Part shown: positions 37,556 through 49,410 of the stretch, piece by piece
Layout: each line of letters begins with the position of its first letter
Numbering within the stretch: position 1 is the stretch's first letter
Source of the DNA: Heterodontus francisci
Lineage: Eukaryota
Direction: 5' to 3'
Assembly (NCBI RefSeq): GCF_036365525.1
Contig: NC_090374.1
Span: forward strand, 58,085,174 to 58,149,173
DNA length: 64,000 nucleotides
Notes under the pieces: generated by a model
The model's database searches: none
The model's input: only the letters and a program-made list of their open reading frames with translations
What the model was told of the DNA's origin: nothing
Program-made: the position numbers and the translations under genes

Positions 37556-40080
37556 TCCAAATAGTTCCAGAGATGTAGAGGAAAGGATAGCGAAGATGAT
37601 TCTCGACAGGGGCGAGAGTAACAGGGTAGTTGTTATGGGGGACTTTAACTTTCCAAATATCGACTGGAAATACTATAGTTCGAGTACTTCAGATGGGTCA
37701 GTTTTTGTCCAGTGTGTGCAGGAGGGTTTTCTGACACAGTATGTAGACAGGCCAACCAGGGGCGATGCCACATTGGATTTGGTACTGGGTAATGAACCCG
37801 GCCAGGTGTTAGATTTAGATGTAGGTGAGCACTTTGGTGATAGTGATCACAATTCGGTTAGGTTTATCTTAGCGATGGGCAGGGACAGGTATATACCGCT
37901 GGGCAAAAATTATAGCTGGGGGAAAGGAAATTATGATGCGATTAGGCAAGATTTAGGATGCGTAGGATGGAGAAGGAAACTGCAGGGGATGGGAACAATC
38001 GAAATGTGGAGCTTATTCAAGGAGCAGCTACTGTGTGTCCTTGATAAGTATGTACCTGTCAGGCAGGGAGGAAGTTGTCGAGCGAGGGAGCCATGGTTTA
38101 CTAAAGAAGTTGAAGCGCTTATCAAGAGGAAGAAGAAGGCTTATGTTAGGATGAGACGTGAAGGCTCAGTTAGGGCGCTTGAGAGTTACAAGCTAGCCAG
38201 GAAGGATCTAAAGGGAGAGCTAAGAAGAGCAAGGAGAGGACACGAGAAGTCATTGGCGGATAGGATCAGGGAAAACCCTAAGGCTTTCTATAGGTATATC
38301 AGGAATAAAAGAATGACTAGAGTTAGATTAGGGCCAATCAAGGATAGTAGTGGGAAGTTGTGTGTGGAATCAGAGGAGGTAGGGGAAGTGTTAAATGAAT
38401 ATTTTGCGTCAGTATTTACAGTAGAGAAAGAAAATGTTGTCGAGGAGAATACTGAGGTTCAGGCTACTAGGCTAGATGGGATTGAGGTTCACAAGGAGGA
38501 GGTGTTAGCAATTTTGGAAAGTGTGTAAATAGATAAGTCCCCTGGGCCAGATGGGATTTATCCTAGGATTCTCTGGGAAGCTAGGGAGGAGATTGCAGAG
38601 CCTTTGTCCTTGATATTTATGTCATCATTGTCAACAGGAATAGTGCCGGAAGACTGGAGGATAGCAAATGTTGTCCCCTTGTTCAAGAAGGGGAGTAGAG
38701 ACAGCCCTGGTAATTATAGACCTGTGAGCCTTACTTCGGTTGTGGGTAAAATGTTGGAAAAGGTTATAAGAGACAGGATTTATAATCATCTTGAAAAGAA
38801 TAAGTTCATTAGCGATAGTCAGCACGGTTTTGTGAAGGGTAGGTCATGCCTCACAAACCTTATTGAGTTTTTCGAGAAGGTGACCAAACAGGTGGATGAG
38901 GGTAAAGCAGTGGATGTGGTGTATATGGATTTCAGTAAGGCATTTGATAAGGTTCCCCACGGTAGGCTATTGCAGAAAATACGGAAGTATGGGGTTGAAG
39001 GTGATTTAGAGCTTTGGATCAGAAATTGGCTAGCTGAAAGAAGACAGAGGGTGTTGGTTGATGGCAAATGTTCATCCTGGAGTTTGGTTACTAGTGGTGT
39101 ACCGCAAGGATCTGTTTTGGGGCCACTGCTGTTTGTCATTTTTATAAATGACCTGGAAGAGGGTGTAGAAGGGTGGGTTAGTAAATTTGCGGATGACACG
39201 AAGGTCGGTGGAGTTGTGGATAGTGCCGAAGGATGTTGTAGGGTACAGAGGGACATAGATAGGCTGCAGAGCTGGGCTGAGAGATGGCAAATGGAGTTTA
39301 ATGCGGAAAAGTGCGAGGTGATTCACTTTGGAAGGAGTAACAGCAATGCAGAGTACTGGGCTAATGGGAAGATTCTTGGTAGTGTAGATGAACAGAGAGA
39401 TCTTGGTGTCCAGGTGCATAAATTCCTGAAGGTTGCTACCCAGGTTAATAGGGCTGTTAAGAAGGCATATGGTGTGTTAGCTTTTATTAGTAGGGGGATC
39501 GAGTTTCGGAGCCACGAGGTCATGCTGCAGCTGTACAAAACTCTGGTGAGACCGCACCTGGAGTATTGCGTGCAGTTCTGGTCACCGCATTATAGGAAGG
39601 ATGTGGAAGCTATGGAAAGGGTGCAGAGGAGATTTACTTGGATGTTGCCTGGTATGGAGGGAAGGTCTTACGAGGAAAGGCTGAGGGACTTGAGGTTGTT
39701 TTCGTTGGAGAGAAGGAGGAGGAGAGGTGACTTAATAGAGACATATAAGATAATCAGAGGGTTAGATAGGGTGGATAGTGAGAGTCTTTTTCCTCGGATG
39801 GTGATGGCAAACACGAGGGGACATAGCTTTAAGTTGAGGGGTGATAGATATAGGACAGATGTCAGAGGTAGTTTCTTTACTCAGAGAGTAGTAGGGGCGT
39901 GGAACGCCCTGCCTGCAACAGTAGTAGACTCGCCAACTTTAAGGGCATTTAAGTGGTCATTGGACAGACATATGGATGAAAATGGAATAGTGTAGGTCAG
40001 ATGGTTTCACAGGTCGGCGCAACATCGAGGGCCGAAGGGCCTGTACTGCGCTGTAATGTTCTAATTCTAATTCTAATTCT
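37556..40080 (+). mobile_element. Young CR1 LINE, 5'-truncated, ORF2 nearly intact
   Basis: ORFs 37596-38528 and 38604-39995 are in the same frame, separated by one TAA; TSD AGGACC; tail (TTCTAA)n. Confidence 0.96.
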
Positions 40081-40614
40081 AGGACCCTGAGCTTGCCATT
40101 TCAATACTCCCCCCTCCTCTCATGCTCACATCTCTGTCCTGGGATTGCTGCAATGTTCCAGTGAACATCAACGCAAGCTCGAGGAACAGCATCTGATCTA
40201 CTGATTAGGCACACTACAGCCTGCCGGACTGAACATTGAGTTCAATAATTTCAGAGCATGACAGCCCCCCATTTTACTTTCATTTTTAGTTATTTTTTCT
40301 TCCTTTTTTTACATTCTTTTTTACATTTTTTACAATCTTTTTTTTGCATTTATTTCATTTCATCTTAGTTTGTTCAGTTTGCTTACCCACTGTTTTTCTT
40401 CAGGTTTGCACTTGCTGCTGTTCAATATTCAGTGTATTAACACCTAATCTGTACTAATGCTTTGTCTTTCAACACACCATTAACATATTGTTTGCCTTTG
40501 CTCCGTGACGTTTTGTTCAGCTATGTGGCCTGGTCCAATCTGGACCTCCTTTGTTATCTCTTGCCCCACCCCCACCTCACTTGCTTATAACCTGTGACTT
40601 TTCTAATATTTGTC

Positions 40615-40651
40615 AGTTCCGATGAACGGTCACTGACCCGAAACGTTAACT
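40615..40651 (+). ncRNA. Minimal type I hammerhead ribozyme motif with a mutated core
   Basis: AGTT-CCGATGA-A-CGGTC-act-GACCC-GAAA-CG-TT-AACT in the Penelope 3' end; CUGA is changed to CCGA. Confidence 0.65.
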
Positions 40652-41824
40652 CTGCTTCTCTTTTCACAGATGCTGCCAGACCTGCTGAGTGGTTCCAGCA
40701 TTTCTTGTTTTTATTACCACAGGGTTCAGTGTTGGGTCCCTTGCTGTTTGTGGTATATATTAATGATTTGGACTTAAATGTGGGAGGCATGATTGGGAAA
40801 TTTGCTGATGACACAAAAATTGGCTGTGTAGTTGCTAATGAAGAGGATAGCGTAGACTCCAGAAAGATATCAGTGGTTTGGTTGAATGCGTGGAAAAGTG
40901 GCAAATGGAATTCAATCCAGATTAGTAATGCATTTGGGGAGGGCAAATAAAGCGAGGGAATACACAGTAAATGGGGGGATATTGAGAAGGGTAGAAGAAG
41001 TGAGAGACCTCGAAGTGCATGTCCACAGGTCCCTGAAGGTGGCAGGACAGGTAGATAGAGTGGTGAAGAAAGCATATGGAATGCTTTCCTTTATTGACCA
41101 AGGTGTAGAATTCAAAAGCAAGGATGTAATACTGGAACTGTATAAAATGCTGGTTCGGCCACAGTTGGGAGTATTGCATACACTTCTGGTCACCACATTA
41201 CAGAAAGAACATAATTGCTCGGATGAGAGTACAGAAGAGATTTACAAGAATGGTGCCAGGACTTGAAAGTTGCAGCTATGAGGAAAAATTGGATAAGCTA
41301 CGGTTGTTTTCCTTAGAACAGTGGAGGCTGAGGGGTGACTTAATTGAGGTGTACAAAATTATGAGGAGTCTAGATAGAGTAAACAGGAAGGACCTGTTTC
41401 CCCCTAGCAGAGAGGTCAATTACCAGGGAGCACAGATTTAAGGTGATTGGTAGAAGGATTAGAGGGGACATGAGGAAAAACTTTTTCACCCAGAGGGTGG
41501 TGGGTGTCTGGAATTCACTGCCAGGAACAGTGGTGGAGGCAGAAACCCTCAATTCTTTTAAAAGACATGCACCTGAAGTGCTATAACCGGCAAGGCTATG
41601 GACCAGGTGCTGGAAGATGGGCTTAGATTGGGCAGCTAGTTTTTTTGGCAGGCAAGGACATGACGGGCTGAATGGCCTACTTCTGTCTGTAATTTTTCTA
41701 TGGTTCTATGGTTTAATTTATGCAGTTTGGATTTTTGTTTATGTATCTACATTACCTTCCTTGCACCTAAATAGGGTATAAATAGATAAATAGATGTGTG
41801 GGAATATAAGTCTGGAATTCGGGT

Positions 41825-42224
41825 ATAAAAACAGAAAGTTCTGGAAAAATTCAGGAGGTCTGGCAGCATCTGTGGAGAGAGAAACAGAGTTAATAGGCTG
41901 GATTTTACCATAGGCAGACGGGAATTCGTCACCTACGCAAAAGTCGGTGGCGAGCCCACTTCCGCCTCGCCTGGGGATCCGTCCCATATTTCACGAATTC
42001 CCGGGCTTTAATTGTCCCGAGGTGGGACTTCCACCCACTTGAGGGAGGAGGTCCCGCCTCAGTGAGCTGCCGGCCAATCAGCTCTTAGTCCCAGCAGCGC
42101 CACCAGGTGCAGCGTAAAATTCAGCCCAATGTTTAAGGTCTGTGACCTTTCATCAGAACCTTTCATCTGTTTTTATTTCTGTTTTTATTTCAGATTTCCG
42201 GCATCCGCGGTATTTTGATTTTAT
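41825..42224. mobile_element. Inverted pair of Penelope termini with a 14-bp TSD
   Basis: TCTGGAATTC(G/A)GGT at 41811-24 and 42225-38; a minus copy is followed by a plus-strand tail remnant. Confidence 0.75.
41895..42127. mobile_element. Short Harbinger-type MITE, TSD AAT
   Basis: TIRs aggctggattttac / gtaaaattcagccc; AAT on both flanks. Confidence 0.85.
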
Positions 42225-42676
42225 TCTGGAATTCAGGTGTTTGTTGTGAAAGAAAGCTGATAAATGAATCAATTAGCGCTGCCTTAAATGCCCCAGTTGT
42301 CATCTTGTGTCCCACCGTACCGTTTGCATTTCACTCCTCAATTATTCAGTTCTTTGAAGAAATAACTGCTATGTCAAACTTGCCATTAAATTGAGAGCTG
42401 TATAAAAAGAGAACTGCGGTAAAGTAAGAGAAGTAATTTAAATTAGAAAAGGAAAACAAACAGAAATATTAAAAGATTGAGAAAGAGGCTTGTTAAAAGA
42501 AGGGAAAAATAGCAAAGAGTTGGTATCGTGCTTCATTATTAAGGACCTTTAGGATGAGATTTTAACTCATTCAAAATCTATTCACTCATACAGAGTTAAA
42601 ATCGGACCCTTCCAGTCAGTTTTTGTTGCTGATTTAACAACCCAGGTTTTTTTCAGGTTCTGTTCAGTTTTTGACT

Positions 42677-43660
42677 GGGAATTTCCTCGGAGCTGCTCCC
42701 GCTCTGCTCCAGTCCACTGCTGTAATTTCTTCAGTGGAAACCCCGTTTGTGAGTATACTTAGTGGGCTGAATTTTATCAACGCGCAATGGTGCGCTGTGA
42801 AGTCGGCGGCCTTCTGACATGGAAGTGCCGCCACGCAGTCCCTGCAATATTACGCACGGGCCTCATTTAAATGGAGAGGGCAGAGTGGCTGCCCCCACTA
42901 TGTCATCGGGGGTGGCCGCCACGGCAACGGCATCCAGTGCCACTGTGCATGCACCGGCGCCATTTTAAAAGGACTTCAAGCCCTTCATGAGAGATATAAA
43001 TATTTAAAGGTGCCGTTGTGATAAAAAAGTCAATAAAAGTTTAATTTAAGTTTGAATCCCCTCTCCCACCCCCCACCCCCATTAAGTCCTCAATACATAA
43101 GTTGACCTAACCCCCCCAAAAAAACACTTTTTGAAATTCCGAACTTCCCCCCCCACCACCACCCCCATGATCTTCAGTATCTTTGACCCTCAACCCCCTC
43201 CCACCATCCCCACAACCAATAGGAATAATTTTCCCCGTTCCCCCCCTCCCGCCGCTCTGATAATTTTATTCCTTCCCCCCTCCCCACCAGTGTCTCGCCT
43301 CGGAACTCTAACTTCCGAAGGCGCGTGAGTTGTGACCGGTTGGCTGTAAAATCGGTGTGGGACGGCCGGCGGCAGCAGCTAAGTTTATTTGCATGTTAAT
43401 TTATCTAATTTCAGTATTTTAATGAAGGCCCCGCCGCTTGGCGGTGGTGGGGGGGCCACATCAAGGTCTCGCCGCCACTGCTAATGTCCAGCGGGCCTTC
43501 TCAGCACCGTGGGTTGTGGCGACCGCTCTCACGAGCATTTTATGGGCCTCCCCGCCACAAGCTACGGCATTGAGGGGCTGATAAAATTCAGCCCAGCGTT
43601 TCTGCTGCCTGCCCAGTGAAGTTAGAGTGGAGGAGCGGGAATAGCTCTGAGGAAATTCTC
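42677..43660. mobile_element. Short palindromic MITE hosting the 42764-43594 element
   Basis: gaatttcctcggagctgctcccgctc ... gagcgggaatagctctgaggaaattc. Confidence 0.6.
42764..43594. mobile_element. Harbinger-type MITE
   Basis: Perfect 16-bp TIR GGGCTGAATTTTATCA / TGATAAAATTCAGCCC; TSD AGT/AGC. Confidence 0.88.
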
Positions 43661-43989
43661 AGCCTTTATTTTTAGCGTCAAATACCAGGAGAAGAAATGT
43701 AGATGCAGAAATCTGGTGAATTTAGAGTAAGTAAAATCACTTCACTTACACTACCAAAAAAACAAGCAAGAGACCAACAAAAAGGTCCAGTTACAGTAAA
43801 CAACAATCTTCAATTATTTATACAGTTCACAGACACCACTGTTATGAGCCTCAGTGACACTTCCAAAAGTTCTGGCAAGCGTCTGCTCACAGAAGTTGCA
43901 TCTAACTATGTTTGCCCAGGTTTATTCACCCGAAATCTTGAAACATTCTGGAAACATTCTCTCATTATCAGCTAAGCTGGATGAAACTG

Positions 43990-45017
43990 AATGGAGGGAT
44001 GTCACTAGTGGTGTTCCGCAGGGATCAGTGCTGGGACCTTTGCTGTTTGTATTATATATAAATGATTTGGAGGAAAATGTAGCTGGTCTGATTAGTAAGT
44101 TTGCGGACGACACAAAGATTGGTGGAGTTGCGGACAGTGTTGAGGATTGTCAGAGGATACCGCAGGATATAGATCGGTTGGAGACTTGGGCGGAGAAATG
44201 GCAGATGGAGTTTAATCCGGACAAATGTGAGGTAATGCATTTTGGAAGGTCTAATGCAGGTGGGAAGTATACAGGAAATGGCAGAGCCCTTAGGAGTATT
44301 GACAGGCAGAGAGATCTGGGCGTACAGGTCCACAGGTCACTGAAAGTGGCAACGCAGGTGGATAAGGTAGTCAAGAAGGCATACAGCATGCTTGCCTTCA
44401 TCGGTCGGGGCATAGAGTATAAAAATTGGCAAGTCATGCTGCAGCTGTACAGAACCTTAGTTAGACCACACTTAGAATATTGCGTGCAATTCTGGTCACC
44501 ACACTACCAGAAGGATGTGGAGGCTTTGGAGAGGGTACAGAAGAGGTTTACCAGGATGTTGCCTGGTCTGGAGGGCATTAGCTATGAGGAGAGGTTGGAT
44601 AAACACGGATTGTTTTCACTGGAACGACAGAGGTGGAGGGGCGACATGATAGAGGTTTACAAAGTTATGAGCGGCATGGACAGAGTGGCTAGTCAGAAGC
44701 TTTTTCCTAGGGTGGAAGAGTCAGTTACTAGGGGACATAGGTTTAAGGTGAGAGGGGCAAAGTTTAGAGGGGACGTGCGAGGCAAGTTCTTTACACAGAG
44801 GGTACTGAGTGCCTGGAACTTGCTGCCAGGGGAGGTGGTGGAAGCAGGTACGATAGCGACGTTTAAGAGGCATCTTGACAAATACATGAATAGGATGGGA
44901 ATAGAGGGATACGGACCCCGGAAGTGCAGAAGGTTTTAGTTTAGGCAGGCATCATGATCGGCGTGGGCTTGGAGGGCCGAATGGCCTGTTCCTGTGCTGT
45001 ACTGTTCTTTGTTCTTT
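43990..45017 (+). mobile_element. Young CR1 LINE 3' fragment
   Basis: Open frame from WRDVTSGVPQGSVLGP through FADD to the stop at 44939, then the 3' UTR and tail. Confidence 0.96.
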
Positions 45018-47129
45018 GAAACAATGAGGTAGTGCAACAGATTCATGGGATCAAAACAAACCAGCAATTTACAAATTTTTAATTTCTTCTTAATTTGTTT
45101 GTTTAGCTGTTACTGCGCAAATGGAGGTCTTTACAGGGCAGCATTTTGATTTTGTTTTCATATTGTTATTCAGCTTGCATTTTACAATTTTTAAAACTTC
45201 ACATGGCAAGGTGCAGACAGGAAGGAAATCACATAATCCTCATCATTGCAGAATTACATACAATACACCAAACTGGAAAAAAACAGGAATTTATCAGTGA
45301 GAATTTGTATAAACCACAATTTTAATGACACCCATATAAGGCCCACATGCCAACCGTGCCTCTTACAACCCTCTGTTATATCAATACCTTCAGCAGATTG
45401 AGGAAGGGAGTAGCAGACTCTTTGTAATTTGTTCTGTGCTTGCATTAAAAAGGTCATTTACTTTTTTCAAAGAAAAGATTTTTTTAGCTTTCAGCCAGCC
45501 AGAACTAATGTTTCATTCCTAGACTCCATTCCTTTTTAGAACCTTTTTCTCCTTACAGAAGGTGAAGGCCCTACATTCTATTTCATACATAGGAGTTTTT
45601 AATTTTGCACTCATTTGTGTCAAAATGGTACCAAGCTATTTGCTGCGTTTTCACCTGAAGCAAGCCCTTGTGGTCAGTGATACAGCCTTATCTAAGTAAA
45701 CGTGGTGGATGCAATCACTTGATCTAACTACTTCATTCCTCTATTGCTATATTCTGAGTGTTCAGCACTTGTGAAGCTAATCTGGATTTGCAACATCAGT
45801 ATAATTACATTTTTAGGTTATCTTTTTATTTGCTACTCTGTCTTATCTTACACGTAGATTTCCTTTTCATTTTACCGTTGTATTTTGTGATCTTGCTTCC
45901 AGGGCTCCAGTGGAAATTAAGCTTTGAACAGCTGATTGGGTTTTATCTTAAATAAAGGGTTTGTTCTTCAATGACTCTGTTTTTTTCCTGTAGCAGTTGT
46001 AGCGGGCTGAAAGCTGTGTTTAAGGATGACAAATAAGAATGAAAGACCAGAGGATTGGCAATCGGATAGTAATCATCATAGTTAATTGAGCCTACACCTC
46101 CCTATCCCAGCTTGTATCAGTCTTACACTAACACTGCAAGCCAAGTCCCTATAGAAGTTACAGTTTAAAACAAAATACTATTTATGAATCAAGTTATATC
46201 AGATATATTTGACACTATACTGTGCCTTCAAAAATGTGCTTGGACAGCCGTATATAAAAACTAAGGCACCAGATGTGAAACAGGGTAGTACAAGTTGTTG
46301 TTGTTGTTGTTGCCATGACATCCCAGCCCTGACCTTGTCCTACATTTCAAAGTCAGCTAATTTGAATATACGGAGGTGTGCAGGCTTTGCAAGTTCAGTC
46401 TGCAACACCTCAGATACGCTGGGGCAGTGTCAGCAAACTCATGGAGAGTGAGTAGATAGGACCCAAATGTGCCCTGAATGGCTGGAAAGGGATACAGTGG
46501 GTGGGGGAGAAGAATGGAGCTGGGAAAACCATAAACCTATGGAGCAATTGGACATAAAATCTGCTGTTACTTAAAGGACCAATGGAAACACAGCAGCAAG
46601 CAGGAAACCTGGGTGAGACGATTGCAGACAGATCAAAGAATGCTTCAGGAAGTCAGACCTGAATATCCTTCTAATGAATATAGGGAGCAGGCAGGATGGC
46701 CTTTTGGACTTAGGAGCTGATCTCTGCTGATATATTCTCAAGGGAGTGACATGGTCTGTCAACTTTGGTCAAAGGGCACCTCCTAATTGGTCTCCCGTTT
46801 CGGTGTAGCTTTATTCCGTGTATCTCATTTCCTTATCCTCCTGCTGCATTTCTGCCTTCATCATGGGAATTCCAATGGTGAACCCTAGGGCAAGGTCTTC
46901 AGTGCAAAAGAGTGGGAAGCATTAGGTTTCCCTGCCTGAAACTGCTGAATGACAACTTGTAGAAATCTTTCTGAGCAGGACAGCCCAAAAAAAATTTTTT
47001 CTAATCACTCCAGGCAAAGCTGATATTTCAGACAATGCCTGTGAATGGTCAAAGCCTATGAACTCAGTCACTTCCCTGGTTTGTCTAGTCGTGCAGATAA
47101 ACTACCCCATTTTTATATTGCTCTCAGAA

Positions 47130-47415
47130 TGTAGGAACAGGAATAGGCCATTCAACCCCTCAAGCTTGCTCTGCCATTCACCTAGATCATGGCTGATCTC
47201 TACTTCAACTCCATTTACCTGCTGTAGCTCATATCATAACTGTATCATATGTCCTGATACCCTTATGTAAGAAAAATCTATCAACCTCAGTCTCGAAAGC
47301 TTGAATTGACCTAGCGTCCACAGCCGTTGGGAAGAGAGTTCCAGATTTCTACTACCCTTTGTGTTTAAAAAAAAGTGCATCCTGATTTCCTCCCTCAATG
47401 TCCTGGCTCTAAATT
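47130..47415 (-). mobile_element. CR1 3' end fragment
   Basis: aggaacaggaataggccattcaacccctcaagc...gagttccagatttctactaccctttgtgt matches other CR1 tails. Confidence 0.7.
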
Positions 47416-47748
47416 TAAATCAGAATTTGTGTAAATTAAGAATTCTGGTTCAACAGGTTCTGCCCTCATTATCATGTCATTTGCATACACGCTACATTTT
47501 GAGGATGGGGTTGAATCTTCTGCCAAAAGCCATTCACCAGCACAGGAGCAGGCAGAAGCAGTAAGGAGCACTTGGGGGACAGAGCATTGCATACTCGGGG
47601 AACAAAGACAGATAGCAGCCAGTGAGCTCTGAGACTTTTTTTTTAAACATTAATAGATTTGAAAGGTTTTTAAATATATATTTCATTGAAAAGAATTATC
47701 GAAAGCATCAACTGGAGCTTAGTGTATATTGTAGAATGAATGAAACTC

Positions 47749-48371
47749 CAGCTGGAATTTTACGAGAGTCAAGAAAGTCCCACCTCCAGAACCAAAAGCG
47801 GGTTCCCAGCCGCCGCCGAGACTGCTGTCCAATTAAGAATGGTGGCCTGCCTCAGAGGGCCAGCTGCCTCGTCAGCACCACCGATAGAGGTGACTTCTGC
47901 TGAGGCTGCAGGGAGGAAGAGAGGGCACCTCCATGTTGAGGCAGGGCGAGTAAGAAATTTTGTTTAATGTGCTGGAGTCTGGCAGGCAGGCCCCAGCAAT
48001 TGAAGGGGTGAACCCTGCAGCAGCAGCATTGGAGCTGTGGGGCAGCCATGCCACTGGGCGGCCCCTTTGTGAGCCAGAAAGAAAGGCCCCCACCCGCCAC
48101 CCCCGAAAGCCACTGCGAGACTGCCTCGATATACCTGGCAGTCTCCCCATGCAGCGGGGGCCCGTCCTGACACCGGTAAAATGCCAGCAGGGGTGTAAAG
48201 TGGCCTCTAATTGGCCACTTAATTGAATTAATTGGCAGCCTGCCTCCAGTTGGCAGGTGTTCACGCCGCTGTCATTCCCACTTCTGGGAATATCCCGTAG
48301 TGACAGGAAGACGGGCCTTCCACCAACAATTTATAAGCCCTCCCATCTCCCAGCCTGTCTCCCCCCCTCTT
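47749..48371. mobile_element. Harbinger-type MITE truncated on the right by RTE
   Basis: Starts gctggaattttacg; collinear with 15733-18066. Confidence 0.75.
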
Positions 48372-49410
48372 GGCATTTCTTCACGGATGAAGATTTTGGA
48401 AAGGCTGTACTCATCGGTTGCAGGCCTGCTGGAGGCTCGTCAGGCCTTTCAGTGACTGGCAGATTCTCCCACAACGGGTTCACGTGAAGGAGTAGTTACT
48501 GCTGGGGGCAATTGGATCTATCCTTCTCCTCCTTTTCTCTTTCATTCTGGTTCTTTGCTCAGTCTCAAAGGTGTCTGTAGTCCTCCTGATGTAGCATCTC
48601 CAGGCATCACAATCTATGGCCTGCGTTTCCCATTGGCGATGGTCAATGTAGCACACAGAGGGGGACTTCTTCAGGGAGTCCTTGAAGTGTTTGCATGGGG
48701 CCCCTCTGTTTCATTTGCCAGTGGTCAGCTCTCCATACAACACGATCTTGGGCAGGCAACTGTCGTCCACCTGGGCAATGTGACCCATGCAATGCAGTTG
48801 GCTTTGCAGGAGGATGGCCTCATTGCTGGTGATGTTGGCTGTTTCCAGGGCTTCAATGTTTGTGATACGGTCCTGCCAGCAGATCTTTAGGATGCTGCGG
48901 AGACAGCGCTGATGGAAGCGCTCTAGAAGGCGTACACGACGGTGGTATAGGACCCATGACTCGGCACCATACAGAAGGGTGGTGAGGACTACAGCTTTGT
49001 ACACTTCAAGTTTGGTCTGTGCTCTGAGGATGTGGTTGCTCCACACTCATTTGTAGAGTCTGCCGAATGTACTGTTTGCTTTTGAGAGCCTATTGTCCAC
49101 TTCCTTGTCTATGGTGGCATCAAACGAGATGATGCTCCCCAAATAAGTAAATTGCTTGATGGCATTCAGCTCAGTTCCCTCAATGACAATGCTTGTTGGT
49201 CTGTATTCTTCATGGGGTGCAGGCTGATGCAGGACTTCAGTTTTCTTTAAACTGATTTTTAGTCCGAAGAGTTTTGCTGCCTCAGAAAGATGTGTTGTTA
49301 TGCGTTTCAGGTCTGACTGATTGTCGGCCAGGAGAGCACAGTCATCGGCGAAAAGAAGTTCATGGATGAGTCTCCAGAGGACTGCTAAAATTCTGGTCTC
49401 TGCCTTATCT
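48372..49410 (-). mobile_element. RTE LINE fragment
   Basis: ELLFADDCAL, GLKISLKKTEVL, FTYLGS, VYKAVVLTTLLYGAESW, LPKIVLYGEL motifs. Confidence 0.92.

Larger units (their letters stand above)
36465..40716 (+). mobile_element. Penelope-like element (Neptune-type), 5'-truncated, split by CR1 at 37556-40080
   Basis: RT motifs GVAMGTRMGPSYA and RYIDD, linker CNRRRCNTC, GIY-YIG motif NVVYCIRCSQCGLLYIGETKRRLGDRFAEH; 14-bp TSD CCACAGGGTTCAGT at 36451-64 and 40717-30. Confidence 0.93.
34685..41712 (+). mobile_element. Older CR1 LINE ORF2, split by a Penelope element at 36465-40716
   Basis: APE endonuclease (GGGVALLVK, YRPPN, GDFN) and RT up to GVPQGS; resumes at 40717 with PQGSVLGPLLF...FADD; tail (ttctatgg)n. 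Confidence 0.92.

Noticed and set aside
43854-44939. 361-aa ORF as a chimeric gene
   Set aside because: Chance open flank running into a truncated CR1, with a non-ATG start.
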